Shown here: piece by piece, positions 16,019 to 21,756 of the stretch
How the letters are laid out: every line of letters begins with the position of its first letter
Numbering within the stretch: position 1 is the stretch's first letter
IMG/VR virus record: IMGVR_UViG_3300047994_000277
Span: 64,001 to 85,756 of that record
DNA length: 21,756 nucleotides
Strand: one strand, 5' to 3'
DNA from: a virus
Lineage: Duplodnaviria > Heunggongvirae > Uroviricota > Caudoviricetes
Program-made: the position numbers and the translations under genes
Notes under the pieces: generated by a model
Seen by the model: the letters and a program-made list of their open reading frames with translations, nothing else
Database searches by the model: none
What the model was told of the DNA's origin: nothing

Positions 16019-17135
16019 TGACCGGCTCTCCTACTTTGATACCAATTGATTTGTTGAATTCCACGTCGGCTCGCATTTCCTTCCTACGTCTCAACTCCTC
16101 TTTGTGGGCTAGAAACTTAGGGTCATCCTTAGGTACGAACAGGCCGTTTAGATATCCCGTTTTGATACTCTCTCCGACAGAGGCCGCGTACCGTCCCTTA
16201 TGAATGTACCATTCCGTAAGTAGCTCTTGGCGGTTAGCCATCATCTCAACGATGATTGTAGCTTTCGTACAAATGATCTTTCTACCTTGGATTCTCACTT
16301 GGAAAGGACTTGGATTTTCAGGGTCTTCTGGAGGATTGATCTGAGCCATAACCACGATTGGAGCTGGATAAATCTTACGGTATTTCTCCAAAATATTAGT
16401 GAGCTTTTGCTGAGCCTGCCACTCAGTAGCAGTCATATCTTTGGACGACTCTGTGATTCCTTGATAGTAATCCAGAATAACCGCGTCGTAGTACTCGTCC
16501 TTAGCAATCAAGTTCTTAAAGATCTCTTCAATACCTTCAGGTGTTGTAGTCGCTCCGCCACCGGGAACGTGATTATCATCGATAACCGTTACCCTATGTC
16601 TGAGCTTTTTGATCATTGTTCCAAACTCTTCTCTTTGCTCTGGAGTAAAAAGATCATGGTTAACGTAATGCCAACCCTTGAACAAGCAGGTGATGCGGTT
16701 ATAAAAATCGACTACGTTCTCTTCGTTCGTTAAAACCAAGGCTCTGCCGACCTTACCGGTTGCGGGATTTTTTTCGGCGATAACATTTCTAACAATGTTA
16801 GCTACGGCTGTAGACTTACCTTCGCCTGTCTTGGCGCCAATAAGAATCATGTTTTTAGCAAAGAATGGAATAATTCCAGTAAATATTTTATGCACAAAAG
16901 TCAGCGGTTTCCCTGCAGCCTCCATGTATTCGGCATTTTGACGAGCCAATTCTTCCGCTTGCTCATCGGTCAAAGTTCCATAGTGACCATCTTGAGCAGC
17001 TTTGTATCTGCTCTGGTTTTCTTGAAACTTCTCGTACTGGACGTCTACGCGAGCAGTGTCTAGCTCGCGCTTCTTTCGTTCCGTTTCAGCTTCGTCTTTC
17101 AGAAGCCCCATGAATTCATCTTTAGCTTCACTCAT
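16011..17135 (-). CDS. SF4 (DnaB-like) helicase, motor domain with a short N-terminus, 374 aa
   Basis: Walker A GAKTGEGKST, H1a LTNEE, Walker B VILDYYQ, H3 VVMAQIN, arginine-finger-like HKGRY. Confidence 0.8.
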   Translation of the reverse strand: MSEAKDEFMGLLKDEAETERKKRELDTARVDVQYEKFQENQSRYKAAQDGHYGTLTDEQAEELARQNAEYMEAAGKPLTFVHKIFTGIIPFFAKNMILIGAKTGEGKSTAVANIVRNVIAEKNPATGKVGRALVLTNEENVVDFYNRITCLFKGWHYVNHDLFTPEQREEFGTMIKKLRHRVTVIDDNHVPGGGATTTPEGIEEIFKNLIAKDEYYDAVILDYYQGITESSKDMTATEWQAQQKLTNILEKYRKIYPAPIVVMAQINPPEDPENPSPFQVRIQGRKIICTKATIIVEMMANRQELLTEWYIHKGRYAASVGESIKTGYLNGLFVPKDDPKFLAHKEELRRRKEMRADVEFNKSIGIKVGEPVNG

Positions 17136-17667
17136 TTTTCTTTATCCCAACAAGTTCAGCCATTTCTGGGTCTAATTCTGGTTCAAAATCAGAAATATCT
17201 TTGTACAAACTTCTATCTACGTCTCGACCAGCAAACTTAACTTCGGTTTCTGGCTCTGCACGTCTAATTGGAGTTTCACTTCTTGTTACTGGCTTAGGTT
17301 GTTCAATGATTGGCGAATTAAGTTCTTTAGACGTGATATTCTGAGGTGCCCCATTGATTTCAATGATGGCTTCTCGAATCTCTCTAGCAACTTTTTCGTA
17401 TATGTTTCTTTGGGTGGAAGCAGAGGCGCTCTTCAGGCGAGAGTCTGGAAAAAAATACGCTGCGATCTTATTTTGAGTACTACTCTGACCAAAAGCACTA
17501 AGGTCTTTACCCTCTTCCTTAAAGGTCTGAAGGATGATCTTAATGACTTCGTATCGATCGTTGTCGTCGATTGCACGAAACTTATGGCCCTTTTTACTGA
17601 GCTTCCATTTACCCCATTCCGTGTTTAGCACGTCTAGGATTCTTTGAATATCATCCCAGTCACTCAT
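17128..17667 (-). CDS. hypothetical protein, 179 aa
   Basis: Coupled to both neighbours; no recognisable motif. Confidence 0.75.
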   Translation of the reverse strand: MSDWDDIQRILDVLNTEWGKWKLSKKGHKFRAIDDNDRYEVIKIILQTFKEEGKDLSAFGQSSTQNKIAAYFFPDSRLKSASASTQRNIYEKVAREIREAIIEINGAPQNITSKELNSPIIEQPKPVTRSETPIRRAEPETEVKFAGRDVDRSLYKDISDFEPELDPEMAELVGIKKNE

Positions 17668-18560
17668 AAAAGCTTCTTTAGTACCCTTCTAGCCGTCCTG
17701 ATTTCGTCCTGGTAATATGGGTTGCTATGATTTTTTTCAATAAACGCCGTAATGATTTTAGCGCGGTTACTTTTGGACTGAGAGCGGAATCGGTTACGAT
17801 ATTTTTCGAATTCAGATTCATCTTCGATATCGAGTACGATTTGCTCTGGAGTCATATTATGGATGCTATCATAGGGATCGCAGCCAGCACCAATAAAATC
17901 GGTAACGTCAAGATGTTTTTGATCCACAGGGACGGCAACATAATACATGTTGTTAAACCTGAAAACAGGTCCGTCGATTCTTGGAACTTTCTTGCGGATA
18001 GATTTGTAAACGGCTTGATCCAACTTGCGATAACCATATCGCTCATGCACGCCTACGAGATCCTTTAAGACCATCGGCGGCTTTTTTGGGCCACAGTAAA
18101 AGAAGAACTCTTCCGTTGGAAGCCCCTTAATGTTTCGCGCCTTCTGGCGGCAAACCCGAACCACGTCTTCCATTCGCTGCTTAATGAACAGGGTGCAGTT
18201 AGCTTTGTCTTTGCACATCACCTGCTCTTTAGTCGGATCCGGTTTACCCAAATCACGGTGTAGGGTTACGAAATCATTGTACTTCTCTGGCAGCTTATCT
18301 AGGGAAAAAAGGCCCAAAAAGCTTATCAGGTGAACCTTTGCGATCAGACCAATATCCTCGGCATCAAAGCCGATCATATGAAACAGGTTTTTATAGGTGT
18401 AGTAGGTATTGCGGGCCATATGGGCAGCGATGGCCTCATACGGTTTCATCTCTTCTGCTGTAATATCCTTAGACGCCCTTTTGAAATACTGGTGACGTAG
18501 GTAGCAAAGTTCAAAATCGTCTCTATGATGAATTTTCTTTTTTTCTGTCGGTTCGTTCAT
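17664..18560 (-). CDS. probable divergent sigma70-family RNA polymerase sigma factor, 298 aa
   Basis: Start reassigned to ATG 18560. [18 protein letters not shown]...[22 protein letters not shown]...[27 protein letters not shown] parallels sigma region 2. Later D...TPEQIV and a basic helical C-terminus fit the region 3.2-4 layout. Confidence 0.5.
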   Translation of the reverse strand: [298 protein letters not shown]

Positions 18561-18577
18561 GTAAGATCTCAATTTTA

Positions 18578-18773
18578 TTGGCGGTGGGGCTCCTGATTTA
18601 CCGGCTTCCACCCGTCTTAGGGGTCTTCTCAGGTCATGTCCGATACTACTGCTCGGTCGTCTGGCGATCAACTCAGAACGCCTCGGATTGTTTAGCACTG
18701 TTTTATTATGCCCGTCCCAACGTTGCGTATTTGCTCTACTCGGCTATTGCCCGTACAGCGACGCCACCGCCAA
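18578..18773 (-). ncRNA. candidate ~196-nt structured RNA of unknown family (intergenic, recA to sigma-like gene)
   Basis: 10-bp closing helix TTGGCGGTGG/CCACCGCCAA plus at least five nested helices. Several use G-U pairs that work only on the - strand. Confidence 0.55.
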
Positions 18774-18777
18774 ACTT

Positions 18778-19860
18778 TTATTTTTCGTCTAATTTTTTAA
18801 CGTCCGCTAAAATAGCGTCGTAAAGTTTTCTGTCTTCTTTGATCAAGTTGGCGAATGCCGCCTGACCGCGAATACTGTGATTGCCGTAGCTGTAGGTCTG
18901 TCCTTGCAGCTTGATTACGCCAGTATTCTTGCCAAGGAAAAAGATCTCTTCGTGTTGATTGATTATACCTTTTTCGTAGTCCATCGTAAAGACACCGCTT
19001 CGCCCGGCAGAGCCAATGGAGTTCGCTTCGCACTTCACGTAGATCTTATGGCCAGTAACTAGCTTATTGTCGCGAGCATCCTTCATGCCTTCTTCTTCAA
19101 AAGCCTTACCGTCTAAGTCAACCTTGTCATCCGCCGAGCCGGCGCGCTTGAGAGATACGAAGTATTCGAAAGTGTGTTTAACGGTCCAACTCTCGGCCAT
19201 CTGCGTGTCAGGACCGCCAGGGGTAGCCTTTTGATTGGCTCGCATCTGGGAGGTACCGATCAACATGATTTTATTGCGCTTACAGAACGGAACTAGCTTG
19301 TCCAGGCCGGTCTGAATGGTCAGAGCATGGTCGCCGCGAAGATGGTCGGATACACTGTCTGCATCCCTACGCTTGATGCCTTGGATGTTAGTCAGGGAGT
19401 CGATGATGATGATCCTAAGAGGCATGCCGTCCTGAACCATAGCTTTGATGTCTTTTTCCACGCGGTCAAAGATCTCTTCTGGGTCTTTAGTGTCGTAGAT
19501 AACAAAGCGGTCCTTATCGAGGCCTGCGAATACGCCGTGCTGGAGAGCGCCGCGCAGTTCCGTGTTGAAGTAGATCGCAATCCCTTCAGGATCACGCCTT
19601 TGCATTTCTTCAACGATGGCATAGCAGCTCAGGGATTTACCCGCTTTTTGCTCTGAAAGGAGCAAGAGCGATGAATTCCTAGGAATTCCGTTGGATTTGT
19701 TAGCGAAAATCCAGTTAAAGTAAGGGCTTGGGGTGTAGAGACAGTTCTTCTCTGCAAACGAATCGTAGTTGTAATCAACGGCGTCGTCGTATGCCTTAAG
19801 CTGTTTAAGCCAAGGATTCTCTTTCTTTTCTGGCTTCTTGTCGTCTTTATCTTTACTCAT
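18778..19860 (-). CDS. recA: RecA/UvsX-family recombinase, 360 aa
   Basis: Walker A-like LLSEQKAGKS, IYFNTE, Walker B IIIDSL, GTSQMRAN, GHKIYVKCEANSIG, and a RecA-type C-terminal domain GIINQHEEIFFLG...G.TYSYG....GQ. Confidence 0.88.
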   Translation of the reverse strand: MSKDKDDKKPEKKENPWLKQLKAYDDAVDYNYDSFAEKNCLYTPSPYFNWIFANKSNGIPRNSSLLLLSEQKAGKSLSCYAIVEEMQRRDPEGIAIYFNTELRGALQHGVFAGLDKDRFVIYDTKDPEEIFDRVEKDIKAMVQDGMPLRIIIIDSLTNIQGIKRRDADSVSDHLRGDHALTIQTGLDKLVPFCKRNKIMLIGTSQMRANQKATPGGPDTQMAESWTVKHTFEYFVSLKRAGSADDKVDLDGKAFEEEGMKDARDNKLVTGHKIYVKCEANSIGSAGRSGVFTMDYEKGIINQHEEIFFLGKNTGVIKLQGQTYSYGNHSIRGQAAFANLIKEDRKLYDAILADVKKLDEK

Positions 19861-20375
19861 TATTTCCTACCTATGGTGACGCCAACCGTTTCCGTTGGGA
19901 CGCCGCTCTTAGAAATCAAATACATCTTTTGTCTCATGTACTTACAAACGTTCTCTACTACTTTGATCTTACCTTCGAAATTGCTTTGAAGTGCCTTAAG
20001 CTGGTTTACCCTATCTAGGGTAGCCACGTACTTCTCGTCTCTCATCAAAAAAGCGTCTTTGAGATGAGTCGTATCCGCACTTTTTGGCTTACCTAGCAAG
20101 TATTCAGCGTAAGCGCCCAAAATGACATCGGCTTGTGCCGTCCTAAGTTCCTTGTCTGCCAACGTTAGTTGATAGCCAATGTTAGACAGGTGGTTTTTTA
20201 GGTTACGATAGGATTCGTTGAAGCAATGTTCGAGATCTGAATACGTAGACGGGTTGACCGTCTTGGCTTCGATATAACGGGTCTCTGCAACCCTAACGTT
20301 GGTCATGTCAAGCCTAAGCTCTGGTGACTTGCCAAAAGCGGCTATCACCAGAGCTTGATCTTTGGGTTCGGACAT
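19860..20375 (-). CDS. UvsY-like recombination mediator, 171 aa
   Basis: Helical protein located between the SSB and RecA genes. C-terminal RDEKYVATLDRVNQLKALQSNFEGKIKVVENV resembles the UvsY coiled-coil end. Mostly a synteny-based call. Confidence 0.45.
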   Translation of the reverse strand: MSEPKDQALVIAAFGKSPELRLDMTNVRVAETRYIEAKTVNPSTYSDLEHCFNESYRNLKNHLSNIGYQLTLADKELRTAQADVILGAYAEYLLGKPKSADTTHLKDAFLMRDEKYVATLDRVNQLKALQSNFEGKIKVVENVCKYMRQKMYLISKSGVPTETVGVTIGRK

Positions 20376-20376
20376 A

Positions 20377-21432
20377 TTACGCTCCGAGCGATTTCAGGAA
20401 ATCATCGTCAGACATTTCTGCGTAATTTTCAGCAGGCTTAGGAGCCTCGGTCACACCGACTTTAACGTTAGCAGCGGGAGCTGGCTGTGAGAGCGATTGA
20501 GTAGTCGGAGCAGAGGTAGTAGTTGCCGCTGGCGTTGTAACCTGAGCAGCGGGCTGGGCCGTAGTCGTAGGTGCTGCGGCAGCCGCTTGCGTGGTAGTCG
20601 GCTCTTCTTCGCCTTCAGAACCGTCGTCTGACACTTCAGCATCGGTATTGCCCTTAAGGACATCATCAATGATAGCGCACTTACCCGTTTTAAGGTCAGT
20701 GTTCTTAACGATCAACGCGACTTCTTCAGAAGAAGGTTTCTTGTACAAATTAGAAAGATCGCCAGCTTCAGCTTCAAGACGTGCAATGATTTCAGGAGTG
20801 AGCTTGTGGACCACGTCCTGTTCAAAGTCTTGACCATCGATGGTCACAGAACGCTTAAGCACGGTAACGGTGAAAGTCGTTTCAAGGCCAGTTCCGGTGC
20901 GGTTGATGACGAAGAAACGTCCGTTATCAGCGCCGAGTGGCTCAATACCTTTCGCGCGCAAGGTCTTAATAACAGCATCCAGGACCAGCTTTGCACGATG
21001 ACGAAGCTTAAGCACACCGATCTCGCCCGTAGCATTAATGGCATTACAGTGATGGTTGTTATCCAGGTTATACATCGGCTTCTGACCGCTAACCAAAGGA
21101 GCGAGCACGTCGTAAGTAGCCTTGTCCTTTGCCTCTTTGGCTTTTTCCAGTCCAGATTTCAAAGTTTCAATGCGCTGTTTAGCTGCATCAGCCTTCTCGA
21201 TCATCTTAGTTTCACGGTTCTTCACTTCAGGGCTTTGGAACGGGCGAGCCTTTCCTTCAGCGTTTTTGTAACCAAAGTGAACGTTCCAGAATTGAAACGC
21301 ACGTCCGTTTGGCTCTTTGCCGCCGAATCCAAGAGAAGGAAGAATACGGAAGACATTATCTCCATCCTTGATTTTGAACGTTTTCTTCTTAACATAACCG
21401 CCGCCATCTGCTCCACCAATTTTAACTGACAT
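20377..21432 (-). CDS. T4 gp32-like single-stranded DNA-binding protein, 351 aa
   Basis: RBS AAGGAG. KIKDGDNVFRILPS...FWNVHFGY N-terminus, Ala/Thr/Pro linker, acidic-hydrophobic tail MSDDDFLKSLGA. Confidence 0.75.
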   Translation of the reverse strand: MSVKIGGADGGGYVKKKTFKIKDGDNVFRILPSLGFGGKEPNGRAFQFWNVHFGYKNAEGKARPFQSPEVKNRETKMIEKADAAKQRIETLKSGLEKAKEAKDKATYDVLAPLVSGQKPMYNLDNNHHCNAINATGEIGVLKLRHRAKLVLDAVIKTLRAKGIEPLGADNGRFFVINRTGTGLETTFTVTVLKRSVTIDGQDFEQDVVHKLTPEIIARLEAEAGDLSNLYKKPSSEEVALIVKNTDLKTGKCAIIDDVLKGNTDAEVSDDGSEGEEEPTTTQAAAAAPTTTAQPAAQVTTPAATTTSAPTTQSLSQPAPAANVKVGVTEAPKPAENYAEMSDDDFLKSLGA

Positions 21433-21446
21433 GTGATTCTCCTTGT

Positions 21447-21755
21447 TTAGTTTTGTTTTTGCTCAATTTGCAAAATCGCTTTCTTAACCGCTTCTTCAGT
21501 AGGCTCTTTTACCGAAATAACGTTGGGTACGGCTCGAAGAACTTTAGTACCCTTGCCTGCGACGACCAAGGATACTCCTCGCGGATGCAGGCGACGAAGG
21601 GTGCTCTCCAAATCCAAAGCGAGCTTTTCGTCATCGGTACCAAGTACGATTGCGGTTTCTTTGTCAGCATGGCCCTTATTAATGGCTTTGTCAACGATAG
21701 AAGAGATGGCCTGGATACCAACGATCTCGGATCCGATCTGCGAATTGACCGCGTT
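21447..21755 (-). CDS. 5'-partial hypothetical protein (last 102 aa visible; not in ORF track)
   Basis: Open frame from the window edge: NAVNSQIGSEIVGIQAISSIVDKAINKG...AILQIEQKQN, TAA at 21447-21449, followed directly by the SSB RBS. Confidence 0.75.
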   Translation of the reverse strand, partial: NAVNSQIGSEIVGIQAISSIVDKAINKGHADKETAIVLGTDDEKLALDLESTLRRLHPRGVSLVVAGKGTKVLRAVPNVISVKEPTEEAVKKAILQIEQKQN

Positions 21756-21756
21756 T

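Noticed and set aside
18561-18698. 46-aa N-terminal extension of the 344-aa track ORF (GTG start at 18698)
   Set aside because: No RBS, Arg/Ser/Pro-rich composition, and it runs through the structured element. ATG 18560 is preferred, but the extension is not formally excluded.
18578-18773. Assignment of the structured element to tRNA, tmRNA, RNase P, SRP, hammerhead, TPP, SAM-I, c-di-GMP-I or T-box
   Set aside because: Only fragments match (3' CCACCGCCA, CTGAGA..ACCC, GGGCAA..TGGGACG, GTGCTAAA, GAGCAAA). There is no TTCRA T-loop, no GAAAGTCC, no CTGANGA/GAAA core, and element order fits none of these families.
21509-21721. 70-aa track ORF on - strand
   Set aside because: Another - frame is open from the window edge to TAA 21447, looks protein-like and abuts the SSB RBS.
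1-21756. CRISPR array, DGR, retron, integrase/att site or recoded genetic code
   Set aside because: No spaced non-coding repeats, no reverse transcriptase or recombinase of the integrase type. Genes are intact in the standard code and TAA, TAG and TGA all end coupled genes.

Overview
Fragment of a dsDNA tailed-phage (or prophage) genome, about 48% GC by eye, standard genetic code, with AAGGAG/GAGG-type RBS where genes are not translationally coupled. Left arm (+ strand, <1-8912): virion-exterior genes, mostly Gly/Ser/Thr/Ala-rich fibre and decoration proteins built from shared modules, ending in a 1028-aa tail fibre with a Peptidase S74 chaperone domain. Middle (8909-9669): a small divergent cassette with a YfiM-like lipoprotein on - and two tiny ORFs on + that the ORF track missed. 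Right arm (- strand, >21756-9662): one tightly coupled 12-kb run of replication, recombination and accessory genes: gp32-like SSB, UvsY-like protein, RecA/UvsX, a probable divergent sigma70-like factor, SF4 helicase, AEP/RepB-type primase, ClpP, a CYTH enzyme, a helicase-associated-repeat protein and a PLP fold-type-I aminotransferase. The only real gap in that run (18561-18777) holds a ~196-nt multibranched structure that I could not assign to any RNA family I know; it is the top candidate for something new. No CRISPR array, tRNA, rRNA, integrase or reverse transcriptase was seen. All family calls come from motif recognition by eye; no database search was run.
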